64,000 bases of DNA, taken from assembly GCA_036745275.1 (NCBI GenBank), contig DAIOGK010000017.1, positions 8,456 through 72,455 on the forward strand, written 5' to 3'. How positions within the stretch are numbered: the first letter of the stretch is position 1; every line of letters starts with the position of its first letter. The translations under genes were made by a program, and so were the position numbers. The notes beneath the pieces were generated by a model. That model did not search any database, was not told the DNA's origin, and saw only the letters and a list, made by a program, of their open reading frames with translations. This DNA is from Beijerinckiaceae bacterium (GTDB lineage: Bacteria > Pseudomonadota > Alphaproteobacteria > Rhizobiales > Beijerinckiaceae). Positions 1-8,823 of the stretch are shown in pieces.

Positions 1-577
1 CGCCGTGGAAGATGTCCCACAGCAGATAAAGAGCCGGCAGCACCAGAAACGGGCCAAGCACGTTGGGGTCGCGAAAGGTGCCGGAGGCGCGGCCATACAT
101 CGAGAAGATTTCGCCGAGACCCGCGACATTGGCATAGCCCAGAATGCCTGCGGTCGCGGCCTGCACGGCGCCGATGATGAAGGCGGAACGGCAGACATTC
201 AGTCGTGTCAGCGCATCCTCGTTCAACATCAGGCAGAAGAAGATGGCGGTGACGGCGACGAAATTGGTGCCGATGACGAACTCGCGGCTCCATTCGAAAT
301 CGATATAGGGCTGGAAGGCGATCAGCGCGCCGAGATTGTAGATCACGAGAAAGAAAATGAACGGCATGTTGAGCCGGTCGATCTTCAGCCCCGTCAGCAG
401 GAAGGCGCCCAGCGCCGCCAGGATGAAAACGTTGTAGAAAATATCGAGCAGGACGACCGAGCTTGAATAGATGGCAAGCCAGAGCAACGTCAGCCGGATG
501 ATATCGCCCATGCTGCGCCGGGTGCGTTCGGTATGGGGCAGGGTGGCATAGGGCGCCGGATAAATCGAAGCGTGCAT
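1..577 (-). CDS. Polytopic membrane protein, Wzy/O-antigen-ligase-like polysaccharide polymerase family, N-terminal ~192 codons (gene runs off the left edge)
   Basis: Not in the ORF track because there is no stop in the window. My reverse-strand translation from ATG at 577-575 is stop-free to base 1: MHASIYPAPYATLPH...IIRLTLLWLAIYSSSVVLLDIFYNVFILAALGAFLLTGL...GRASGTFRDPNVLGPFLVLPALYLLWDIFHG. It has several hydrophobic spans and a G-T-F-x-D-P-N-x-L-G motif typical of O-antigen ligase/Wzy_C proteins. Its ATG shares a base with the TGA of the upstream transferase (TGATG). Confidence 0.55.
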   Translation of the reverse strand, partial: MHASIYPAPYATLPHTERTRRSMGDIIRLTLLWLAIYSSSVVLLDIFYNVFILAALGAFLLTGLKIDRLNMPFIFFLVIYNLGALIAFQPYIDFEWSREFVIGTNFVAVTAIFFCLMLNEDALTRLNVCRSAFIIGAVQAATAGILGYANVAGLGEIFSMYGRASGTFRDPNVLGPFLVLPALYLLWDIFHG

Positions 578-2085
578 CAGTAGGCCCTGTCACCGTTGAT
601 GAGTGCGAAAGGCGTGCGGATGAGAATGTAGAGGTCGAGCAGAACCGACCAGTTCTCGATGTAGAAGAGGTCATGCTCGACGCGGCGCTGGATCTTCTCG
701 CGCGTGTCGGTCTCCCCGCGCCAGCCGTTGATCTGCGCCCAGCCGGTGATGCCGGGCTTCACCTTGTGACGCGCGAAATAGCCGTCGACCACCTCGTCAT
801 AGAGGCGGTTCTCGGCCTTGGCGTGAATGGCATGGGGGCGCGGCCCAACCAGCGACAGACTGCCGCCGAATACGACATTGAAGAGCTGCGGCAGTTCGTC
901 GATGGAGGTACGGCGCAGGAAACGCCCGACACGGGTGACGCGCGGATCGTCCCGCGTCACCAGCTTGCGCGCGTCATGATCGGCGTCGCCCACATGCATC
1001 GAGCGGAACTTGAGCACCTCGACGAGCTGGTTGTTGAAGCCGTAGCGCTTCTGTCGGAACAGCACCGGTCCGGGCGAATCGAGCTTAACCGCCAGCGCGG
1101 CCAGCAGCATGACAGGCGAGAGCAGCACCAGAAGCAGCGAGCCGATCACCCGGTCGAACAGCGCCTTGATAATGATGTCCCGATCGTTGAAGGGCTTGTC
1201 CGCAACATCGAACATCGGCACCGAGCCGATGAAGGAATAGCTACGCGGCCGCAGGCGCAGCCGCTGCGTATGCGCAGAAAGGCGGATATCGACGGGCAAG
1301 ACCCACAACTTGCGCAGCATCGCGAGGATGCGTTCCTCCGCCGTCACCGGCAGTGTGAAGATGACAAGATCGACCCGGACATTGCGGGCATAGGCGATCA
1401 GATCATCGACGCTGCCAAGCCGGGGATAGCCCGCAACGAGATCGGGCGAGCGCAGCTCATCCCGATCATCGAAAATGCCGCAGATTCGGATGTCATTCGC
1501 CTCGCCTGCGTTGAGGGCGTTGATCAGCTCGAGTGCATGGTCGCCGCCGCCGACAATGGCGGTGCGCCGATCGAGAAGCCCGCGCCGGGTGAGGGACCGG
1601 ACGACCGCATTGAGAAGAACATGCCGGACCAGGAGCGCCATCAAGCCAAAGATAAACCAGCCGCCGAAGACGACGCGCGAAAACACACCTTCCAGCTTGA
1701 GGAAGAAGACGACCGCCATCAGGGCGAAGAAGACGGTGGAATAGCCGCCGACGATGGCGAGCGCCGGGCGGAAGACCTGTCGGAAATTGCTGATCCGGTA
1801 GACGCCGAGATTCTGGAGAATCACAACCGTCGTCAACGCCACGCCGGGCACCGCCCACCAGTACTGGGGCTTTACGGCTTCATGTGCCGGAATCCAGAGA
1901 TAGGTGATCAGCGCGCCGATGGTCGCGACCAGGACGAAGTCGAGCAGCCGGGCTGCGCCGGCCACCATCACGGGTGAAATCTCGTTGCGGCGGGTGGGCT
2001 GCCCCACCGTCTCGGCCAGCCGGGGCCGTGCCGGCGCCTCCGGTGGGGGCGGTGGTGCGGTCGATGTGTCGTGTTCAACCATCAT
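577..2085 (-). CDS. Polyprenyl-phosphate hexose-1-phosphate transferase (WbaP/ExoY/HfsE-type initiating sugar transferase)
   Basis: Within ORF 577..2211. The C-terminal bacterial sugar transferase domain reads LFRQKRYGFNNQLVEVLKFRSMHV...DELPQLFNVVFGGSLSLVGPRPHA...KPGITGWAQINGWRGETD, with N-terminal TM helices. Start trimmed to the ATGATG at 2085, 19 nt after the upstream stop with a GGGAA SD. Confidence 0.9.
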   Translation of the reverse strand: MMVEHDTSTAPPPPPEAPARPRLAETVGQPTRRNEISPVMVAGAARLLDFVLVATIGALITYLWIPAHEAVKPQYWWAVPGVALTTVVILQNLGVYRISNFRQVFRPALAIVGGYSTVFFALMAVVFFLKLEGVFSRVVFGGWFIFGLMALLVRHVLLNAVVRSLTRRGLLDRRTAIVGGGDHALELINALNAGEANDIRICGIFDDRDELRSPDLVAGYPRLGSVDDLIAYARNVRVDLVIFTLPVTAEERILAMLRKLWVLPVDIRLSAHTQRLRLRPRSYSFIGSVPMFDVADKPFNDRDIIIKALFDRVIGSLLLVLLSPVMLLAALAVKLDSPGPVLFRQKRYGFNNQLVEVLKFRSMHVGDADHDARKLVTRDDPRVTRVGRFLRRTSIDELPQLFNVVFGGSLSLVGPRPHAIHAKAENRLYDEVVDGYFARHKVKPGITGWAQINGWRGETDTREKIQRRVEHDLFYIENWSVLLDLYILIRTPFALINGDRAY

Positions 2086-2104
2086 CGTTCCCGCCTTTGC
2101 GGTG

Positions 2105-3253
2105 TCAGGCCCGGCTCTTCCGCAGCGCGATGGCTTCGCGATGCGCCGCAATGACGGCATTGGCCATCTTGCTAACGTCGAAGATCGGGCGCGCGCGGTC
2201 CGCCAGCGCAAGCGAGCGGCTCGCCAGCGCCTCGGGTGACAAGGTGAGCGCTTCGCCCATCAGGGCGGTCAGCCGGTCGAGATCTTCCGGCGGGATCATC
2301 CAGTCATAATCCTGACCCACGATCTCGGGAATGCCGCCGACATTCGTGGTGATCAGCGGCACCTGCGCGGCTACCGCCTCCAGAACGATATAGGGCAGGG
2401 ATTCGGCCCGCGACGGCACGACCATGATGCGCCCGCGCTTCAGCCCTTCCGCACCGGGCATTGGCCCGGTGAACGTCGCCTGCTTTGCGATGCCGAGTTC
2501 CACCGTCATGGATTTGAGCAGCGCCTCGTCCGGCCCGCCGCCAATGATGGTGATCGTCGGAGTCTTGCCGTTGGTTGAGAGGCGGGCAACCGCTTTCAGC
2601 AGAGTGTCGATGCCTTTGGCCGCCCGCAACTCGCCGATGAACAGGAAGTCGGTTGGATTTTCGACGGTTTTCCGTGGCTCGAATTCATGCGGATAGAGCC
2701 CGTTCAGCACCACGCGGACCAGCTTGTCCGTCTGGCCGACTTCCTCGTGGAAGCGGCTGCCGATATAGGCGCTTTCAAAGGTGAAGAGATCGGTTCCCCG
2801 TTCAAGAAACGTCTCGGTCAGCATGTAGAGCTTGCTGACGAGCGTGCCGGGCCGGTAGTTGAAGCTGCCGCCGTGGGGCGTGTAGGCGCGAACCGGCCCG
2901 TTCCGCCAGAGCGATGCGTCAAACCGCGCATAAAGCCCGCCCTTCGAGCCATGGCCATGGATGACATCGACGTTGAGTTCGCGCGCGAGCCGGGCGATGG
3001 CGCGGATGTTGGTCACGTCGCTGGGGTGCGGATTGCGGTGCATCGGCATCCGGTGAATGCCAAGCGGGCACATCGGCCCGAGTTCGGCGAACACCTCTTC
3101 GGCTCTTGCGCCGCCAGTCATGGAATCGGCGACGATGCCGATCTGGTGCCCCGCCTCGGCCTGATGCCGCACGAGATCAATCACCTGGCGGAACAGACCG
3201 CCCAGCGGCGCGCGGAAAACGTAAAGGATGCGCAGCCCGCTCATCGAACCCAC
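2105..3253 (-). CDS. Glycosyltransferase family 4 (GT-B fold)
   Basis: 382-aa ORF. N-terminus LRILYVFRAPLGGLFRQV. C-terminal GT1/GT4 signature VVPSRAESLPYIVLEAVAAQVPLITTNVGGIPEIV. Lies 7 bp after the upstream Wza-like gene. Confidence 0.85.
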   Translation of the reverse strand: MGSMSGLRILYVFRAPLGGLFRQVIDLVRHQAEAGHQIGIVADSMTGGARAEEVFAELGPMCPLGIHRMPMHRNPHPSDVTNIRAIARLARELNVDVIHGHGSKGGLYARFDASLWRNGPVRAYTPHGGSFNYRPGTLVSKLYMLTETFLERGTDLFTFESAYIGSRFHEEVGQTDKLVRVVLNGLYPHEFEPRKTVENPTDFLFIGELRAAKGIDTLLKAVARLSTNGKTPTITIIGGGPDEALLKSMTVELGIAKQATFTGPMPGAEGLKRGRIMVVPSRAESLPYIVLEAVAAQVPLITTNVGGIPEIVGQDYDWMIPPEDLDRLTALMGEALTLSPEALASRSLALADRARPIFDVSKMANAVIAAHREAIALRKSRA

Positions 3254-3260
3254 CTCACGC

Positions 3261-3821
3261 TCAGAAGAAGCGCTCTTTGACGACCACGGTGTCGCCGGGG
3301 CGAATGGGTGTGGTCACAGGAACATTGACGGTGACAAGATCGCCATTCACCACGCGCGTCACCTCGGCATAGGTTCGTGCGGCGCGGGGGGAATAGCCAC
3401 CGGCAATCGCCACGGCGGTCTGGATCGTCATGTTGTTGACGTAAGGATATTGCCCGGATGTGGTCACCTCGCCGAGAATGAAGAAGGGGCGGTAGGTATC
3501 CACCTCGACGCTGACCTTCGGCTCGCGCAGGAAGCCGTTGCGCAGGCGCCCTTCGATGGATTTTTCGAGCGCGCCGGTGGTCAGGCCGCGCGCGTCCACC
3601 GCGCCGATCAACGGCATCGAAATCCGGCCCGCGCCGTCCACGGCATAGATGTTCGACAGCGCATCCTGCCCGAAAACGATGATGCGCAGCTTGTCGCCGG
3701 CGCTCAGCGTATACGGTTCATGCAGACTGGCCTGGAGCACATCCGGCGGCATGACTGTCGGCGCGCAGCCCGCGAGCTGCAGGGCCGCCAGCACGGCAAT
3801 GAATGCGTTCGATCGTTTCAT
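3261..3821 (-). CDS. Polysaccharide export outer-membrane lipoprotein (Wza/ExoF/HfsD family)
   Basis: Lipoprotein signal MKRSNAFIAVLAALQLAGC. Poly_export-like YTLSAGDKLRIIVFGQDALS followed by an SLBB-like C-terminus. Start set at the MKRS ATG (3821). Confidence 0.85.
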   Translation of the reverse strand: MKRSNAFIAVLAALQLAGCAPTVMPPDVLQASLHEPYTLSAGDKLRIIVFGQDALSNIYAVDGAGRISMPLIGAVDARGLTTGALEKSIEGRLRNGFLREPKVSVEVDTYRPFFILGEVTTSGQYPYVNNMTIQTAVAIAGGYSPRAARTYAEVTRVVNGDLVTVNVPVTTPIRPGDTVVVKERFF

Positions 3822-3967
3822 GGCGTGACGGGACTCAACGTTTGTTCTGGCCCCGAGCATCGGCACTTATGGTTAATGTTTTACGAATTTCCGCTGATTT
3901 TCAGGGGATTAACCCGGCAATAACCATGTTCGTTCGTAATCTGGTGAACTGACGAGTCTGGAGACGT

Positions 3968-6187
3968 GTGCTTATGTCTGGCGCTTACCCTGCCGAACTT
4001 GGACGCCTGCCCGAAGGTGACAACACCATCGGCGGCGTGTTCACGGAGCTTAATCGCAAGAAACTCTGGATTCTTGTTCCGACCCTGCTGGCGCTCGTTG
4101 GCGCGGTGATTTTCGTCAATGTCGTCAAGCCTAAATATACCGGCGAGGCGCGCATCCTGCTGGAAAACCGCGACAACTATTTCACCCGTCCGGACAAGGA
4201 ACAGCGCGGTTCCGATCCGCCACTCGACACCGAGGCGGTGCAGAGTCAGGTGCAGACGATCATGTCGCGCGATATCGCGAAGGCGGCGATCCGCAAGCTC
4301 GATCTCGCCAGCCGCGAAGAATTCGACCCGGTGAAGAAAGACCCGAGTGTGCTCAAGCGCATCCTCGCGCTGATCGGCCTGACCAAGGATCCGCTGGCTG
4401 TGCCGCCCGAAGAGCGCATCCTTGAGACCTTCTTCGAGAAGCTGCTCGTGTTCAACGTCGGCAAGTCCCGCGTGATTGCCATCGAGTTTTCCTCCCGCGA
4501 CCCGGAACTGGCGGAGCGGGGCGCCAATGTCATTGCCGAGGAGTATATCTCCTTCCAGCGCGAGGCGAAGAAATCGACGACACAGGGGGCCAGCGCCTGG
4601 CTTGCGCAGGCCATCGAGCCAATGCGCGCGCGGGTGGCCGAGGCGGAAGCAAAGGTGGAAGCCTTCCGGGCCGAGCATGGCCTGCTGATCGGCTCCAGCA
4701 ATGCAACCATCGCAACACAGCAACTGGGCGAGATGAACACGCAGATGTCAGCGGCGCGGGCAGCCCAGACCGAGCTCAACGCCAAGGCGAAGATGATCCG
4801 CGATGCGCTGCGCACCGGGCGCATCTTCGAGACGTCCGAAGTGGTCAACAACGAACTCGTCCGGCGGCTTCTCGAACAGCGTGTGGGCATGAAAACCCAG
4901 ATTGCGCTGGAAGAGCGCTCGCTTCTGCCCGGCCATCCGCGCATGAAGGAGTTGCACGCCCAGTTGGCAGACCTTGAAAACCAGATCCGCACCGCCGCCG
5001 AGCGGACAGCGCGGACGCTGGAGAACGACGCCCGCGTGGCCGGCGCCCGTGTCCAGAGCCTCCAGGCCGAATTCGAGGGCCAGAAGCGCACGGCAGCCAA
5101 TGCCAACGAGCAGGAGGTGCAACTCCGCGCGCTGGAACGTGAGGCGCGGGCCCTGCGGGAAAATTATGAGCAGTATCTCGCCAAATACCGCGATTCTCTG
5201 TCGCGCGATGCCGATGCGGCGGCTCCGGCCGATGCCCGGATCATCTCGCGCGCTGTATTGCCGCAACTGCCGGCCTTCCCGAAGAAGGTGCCGATCATCC
5301 TTCTGGCAACGCTCGCAACCCTGGTGCTGACCTCGGCCATCATCATCACGCGCTTCCTGTTTGCTGCCGATGTCGGCACCGGGGTGGTCATGCCGCCCTA
5401 TGTCCAGGCTCCGCCCCCGTTGTCGGGCTACGCGCCACAACCGCAACAGCCCGTGATGTATCCGAACACCGGGCCGCCGCCCGCAGAAGCCGTCGCCACA
5501 GCGCCGATGGCCCCGCCGGCGGAACGGCCACAGCCCCGCCCGACCCCGCGGCCCCGGCCCGCGGACGCATTGGCTGCGCTCGAACCGCTGGTGGATGATC
5601 TTTGTGGCCTGAAACGTTCAGCAACGGCGCTGGTGATCGGGTGCCAGTCTTTCGGCGGCGATGTCGCCTCCGGCACCACGGCTCTGCCGCTGGCCCGGGC
5701 GCTGGCCATGCGCGGCAGCACGATCCTGCTCGACATGACAGGGCACGGCCCGGAAGCGGAGCAGGCGATCGGTCGCTATCAGCCGGCAGGCCTTGCCGAC
5801 ATGATGGCTGGCGCGGCGAGTTTTGCCGATATCATCCACCGGGATCGCCAGTCGCGCCTGCACATCATTCCGTTTGGCAGCGGCGCAGGGCAGCATGTGG
5901 ACGCCGGAAGTATTGACTTCGCCGAGATGATCGACGCGCTCAGCCAGACCTATGACTTTGTGCTGGTCGATGCCGGACCGCTGGGCGCGGGCACGGCGCT
6001 GATTGCCCACACCGGCGCCATGGTGCTGGTGGCAAGCCGCGATGACAGCGATCCTGCAGTGCGCGGCGCCTTCGAGCGGCTGGATGCGCATCTGCCCGGT
6101 CGGGTGACGATTGTGGTCGAGGAGCCCACGATCAGAACGCCGTCTCCGGCCAACGACACGGCACGCCAGTCCACGACGGCGGCATAG
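3968..6187 (+). CDS. Polysaccharide co-polymerase (Wzz/GumC/ExoP family) with Pro-rich linker and degenerate C-terminal P-loop-like domain
   Basis: 739-aa ORF (GTG 3968 or ATG 3974). N-terminal TM plus Wzz domain, a long coiled-coil (…LADLENQIRTAAERTARTLENDARVAGARVQSLQAEF…), a second TM, a Pro-rich stretch, then an ATPase-like fold (YDFVLVDAGP). The Walker A lysine is missing (GGDVASGTT) and there is no Tyr-rich tail. Confidence 0.8.
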   Translation: MLMSGAYPAELGRLPEGDNTIGGVFTELNRKKLWILVPTLLALVGAVIFVNVVKPKYTGEARILLENRDNYFTRPDKEQRGSDPPLDTEAVQSQVQTIMSRDIAKAAIRKLDLASREEFDPVKKDPSVLKRILALIGLTKDPLAVPPEERILETFFEKLLVFNVGKSRVIAIEFSSRDPELAERGANVIAEEYISFQREAKKSTTQGASAWLAQAIEPMRARVAEAEAKVEAFRAEHGLLIGSSNATIATQQLGEMNTQMSAARAAQTELNAKAKMIRDALRTGRIFETSEVVNNELVRRLLEQRVGMKTQIALEERSLLPGHPRMKELHAQLADLENQIRTAAERTARTLENDARVAGARVQSLQAEFEGQKRTAANANEQEVQLRALEREARALRENYEQYLAKYRDSLSRDADAAAPADARIISRAVLPQLPAFPKKVPIILLATLATLVLTSAIIITRFLFAADVGTGVVMPPYVQAPPPLSGYAPQPQQPVMYPNTGPPPAEAVATAPMAPPAERPQPRPTPRPRPADALAALEPLVDDLCGLKRSATALVIGCQSFGGDVASGTTALPLARALAMRGSTILLDMTGHGPEAEQAIGRYQPAGLADMMAGAASFADIIHRDRQSRLHIIPFGSGAGQHVDAGSIDFAEMIDALSQTYDFVLVDAGPLGAGTALIAHTGAMVLVASRDDSDPAVRGAFERLDAHLPGRVTIVVEEPTIRTPSPANDTARQSTTAA

Positions 6188-6207
6188 GACAACGGAACGG
6201 ACGAAAG

Positions 6208-6245
6208 ACGCGGGGGCCCGCTCAGCCCCGCGTTTTCATTTTTCG
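6208..6245 (+). terminator. Intrinsic terminator after the co-polymerase gene
   Basis: ACGCGGGGGC / GCCCCGCGT stem (one bulge), 7-nt loop, then TTTTCATTTTT. It overlaps the 3' end of the convergent GNAT gene. Confidence 0.6.
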
Positions 6246-7394
6246 GACAGCCGCGATGAGCCGCTGCCCGTGCGACGACTGCTTCAGCCAGCGCTTCAGC
6301 CGTCCGCCGGTTGACAGGGCAAGGGCGCCAAGCCGCCCCTTGATGGACACCGGCACACAGCTGTCGAAGAGCGGTTCGGTCTGGTCGCAGATCTTGCTCT
6401 TGTAATGGGCTTCGCCCACACCGAGATCGAAAGTCGTCAGGCCGCGCGCGCAGAGATTGCGGATCATGTGAACCAGCAGGACCTCGCCTGGCGAGGAGCG
6501 CGAAATCTCCGGCGAGGCATCGAAGGCTGTGACAACGCCAGAAAAGCGCTTGGCATCGGCCACGCCGGCATAGATTGCGGCCGGGGCATCGTTCACCATC
6601 AGCGCATGAAATTCCAGCGTACCGTCGCGCGTGACGGTTTGAAGGAAGGCGCGCACGTCATCGCCCGCGAAGGGATCGGAAATGCCCTGATCCTTGAAGC
6701 GGGCCGCCTTGAGCGCAAGGAAACTGTCGAGCATGGCAAGCGCCTCGGGGCCGGGCGCGGGCCGATGATAGCGCACCACGGCCACCTGTTGCAGCTTGGC
6801 TTCCTTCTGCCGGAGCTTCTTGCGTGTGTCCTTGGAGAACCGCGCATGCAGCACATCTTCGGCATTGCTGCCGAGCGAGAACTTGTAGCCGGCACTCGGT
6901 GAAGGCTGGCCCGAGAGCTGCGCGAGCGGATTGGCCCGGCCATCCCATTCGAGCGGCTGGTTGATGAACTGGAAAATGTCGACATTCAGCTGCCGTCCGG
7001 CATCATGCAGTGCCTTGAGAATGTCGTCCCGCGAGACAGTATCCGCAGCGCCGGAGAACAGCGGCAGATTGAAATTCGCGTGTTTGCCACCGATGAACCG
7101 CGCAACCCTCAGCCCGCCACTGCGCGCGATGGCCAGCGGCAGAACCATCAGCACGGTGCCGGTCAGCCCACGCAGGGTGAGAATGGCGCCATCTTCGCTG
7201 GCCGGCTCATTGACGTGTTTGAGATAGGCCTCGATCCAGCGGATCGATTGATAGGGCGAGACCGTTCCAGTGGTGCCGAGCGCCTCCCACACCGCGCGCA
7301 AGGCGGCGGGTGTGCGGGCGATCTCGACGATGATGCCGTCGGTGCCTGTGGCGTGGGGCAGGGCGGCGGCATCATGAAATGTGACAGCAGACAT
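6222..7394 (-). CDS. GNAT-fold acyltransferase of the CelD/BioF2-like (FemAB-related, HfsK-like) type
   Basis: ORF 6222..7430 trimmed to the MSAVTFHD ATG at 7394. About 390 aa, with WEALGTTGTVSPYQSIRWIEAYLKHV near the N-terminus and a C-terminal acetyltransferase-like half. Polysaccharide-locus context. Confidence 0.7.
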   Translation of the reverse strand: MSAVTFHDAAALPHATGTDGIIVEIARTPAALRAVWEALGTTGTVSPYQSIRWIEAYLKHVNEPASEDGAILTLRGLTGTVLMVLPLAIARSGGLRVARFIGGKHANFNLPLFSGAADTVSRDDILKALHDAGRQLNVDIFQFINQPLEWDGRANPLAQLSGQPSPSAGYKFSLGSNAEDVLHARFSKDTRKKLRQKEAKLQQVAVVRYHRPAPGPEALAMLDSFLALKAARFKDQGISDPFAGDDVRAFLQTVTRDGTLEFHALMVNDAPAAIYAGVADAKRFSGVVTAFDASPEISRSSPGEVLLVHMIRNLCARGLTTFDLGVGEAHYKSKICDQTEPLFDSCVPVSIKGRLGALALSTGGRLKRWLKQSSHGQRLIAAVRKMKTRG

Positions 7395-7510
7395 GGGCTT
7401 CCCGAAGTGACGCGAGGTTTTCGACACCATGGCCGCTCAACGGCAACGAATCCTCAACGCGCCCCGCGCATAAAGGAGGAACGGGCATATTTGGGTTGGT
7501 ATGGTGGATA

Positions 7511-8560
7511 ATGAGTGACCTGCGTTACACAGCGATTGCGGCTCTGCTGAAGCTGTTGCGTCTGACCGGCGCAACGCGGGCGCTGGCACCGGCCTTTCGC
7601 GGGCGCGGGGTCATACTGACCATGCACCATGTGCGCCCGGCCAGTGATTTTTCCTTCGCGCCCAACCGCATTCTGGAAATCACGCCGGAGTTTCTGGAAG
7701 AGACCGTGCAGCTTCTGGCTGATCAGGGCTATGAAATTGCCGCGCTCGATGAAGTGCCCGCGCGGCTCCGTTCCGATGGTCCGCCCTTTGCCGTGCTGAC
7801 CTTCGATGACGGCTATCGCGACAACGGCCATTTTGCCTGGCCGGTTCTGCACAGGCACAAGGCGCCGTTCACGATCTTTGTCACCCCGGGTTTTGCGGAC
7901 GCGACGGCGCCGCTCTGGTGGCTCGATCTTGAAGAGGCGATTGCCTGTCAGGATCACGTCTCCGCCCCGCTTTCCACCGGTCGGCTGGAACTGCCCGCCG
8001 CGACAGCGGAGGAAAAGACCCGCGCCTTCGAGACGATTTACTGGGCCCTGCGCCCCGGCCCGGAGGGGGAGATGCGCGCCGTTATCGCCCGCATGGCGGA
8101 GGAGGCGGGCATCGACCCGCTTCAGCGCACGCGCGACCTCTGCATGCGCTGGAACGAAATCCGCACCATGGCGTCCGATCCGCTCTGCACCATCGGCGCC
8201 CATACCATGACGCACCCCATGCTTGCCAAACACGCCGAGGCGATTGCCCGCGTTGAAATGGCGGAAAGCAAGGCCATCATCGAGGAGCAGCTTGGCCGCG
8301 AGGTGCGGCATCTCGCCTTCCCGGTGGGGGACCCCGGTTCCGCCGGCGCGCGTGAGTTCGCGCTTGCCCGCGCCTGCGGCTTTGAAACCGCCGTCACCAC
8401 GCGCCCGGGTGTGCTTTTCGCCGACCATCTTGCGCATCTGACAGCGCTGCCGCGCATTTCGGTGAACGGGCTGTTCCAGCGACGCGGTGATGTCGCGGCG
8501 CTGATCTCGGGCGTGCCGACGGCGTTGCAGAACCGCGGACGGCGCCTCAACATCGCCTGA
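7511..8560 (+). CDS. Polysaccharide deacetylase (NodB homology domain)
   Basis: LTFDDGYRDN motif and HTMTHPML His motif. Start set at the MSDLRY ATG 7511. Confidence 0.85.
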   Translation: MSDLRYTAIAALLKLLRLTGATRALAPAFRGRGVILTMHHVRPASDFSFAPNRILEITPEFLEETVQLLADQGYEIAALDEVPARLRSDGPPFAVLTFDDGYRDNGHFAWPVLHRHKAPFTIFVTPGFADATAPLWWLDLEEAIACQDHVSAPLSTGRLELPAATAEEKTRAFETIYWALRPGPEGEMRAVIARMAEEAGIDPLQRTRDLCMRWNEIRTMASDPLCTIGAHTMTHPMLAKHAEAIARVEMAESKAIIEEQLGREVRHLAFPVGDPGSAGAREFALARACGFETAVTTRPGVLFADHLAHLTALPRISVNGLFQRRGDVAALISGVPTALQNRGRRLNIA

Positions 8561-8577
8561 ACCAGCACCGAACTGCG

Positions 8578-8790
8578 CTATTCGCCCTCGCGCCGCCGCT
8601 CCATCCAGGCGATCAGCGGCATGATCGGCAGGATCCAGGCCAGTCCGCCAAGCGCATAGAACAGAAGCTGTGTGACCGGCCCGGCGCCCTTCAGGACGGG
8701 CTGTGCCAGCGCCATCACCAGCAGCGCATAGGCGATAACGAACAGCAGGATCGCCGCAGTTCCGATCAGTTTGCGCGTACGCCGGCCCAT
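8578..8790 (-). CDS. Small two-TM membrane protein (DUF2842-like)
   Basis: 70 aa: MGRRTRKLIGTAAILLFVIAYALLVMALAQP...LAWILPIMPLIAWMERRR. Divergent from ctaA, a pairing common in alphaproteobacteria (from memory). Confidence 0.7.
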   Translation of the reverse strand: MGRRTRKLIGTAAILLFVIAYALLVMALAQPVLKGAGPVTQLLFYALGGLAWILPIMPLIAWMERRREGE

Positions 8791-8823
8791 GCCGCCTCCT
8801 TGTTCTCAGGTCACGGGAGGCTT

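Noticed and set aside
5-466. 153-aa + strand ORF at the left edge
   Set aside because: The opposite strand gives a stop-free, strongly hydrophobic Wzy/ligase-like N-terminus that is translationally coupled to the upstream transferase. The + strand product is acidic and Gly-rich with no motif.
673-1977. 434-aa + strand ORF
   Set aside because: Antisense to the WbaP-type sugar transferase.
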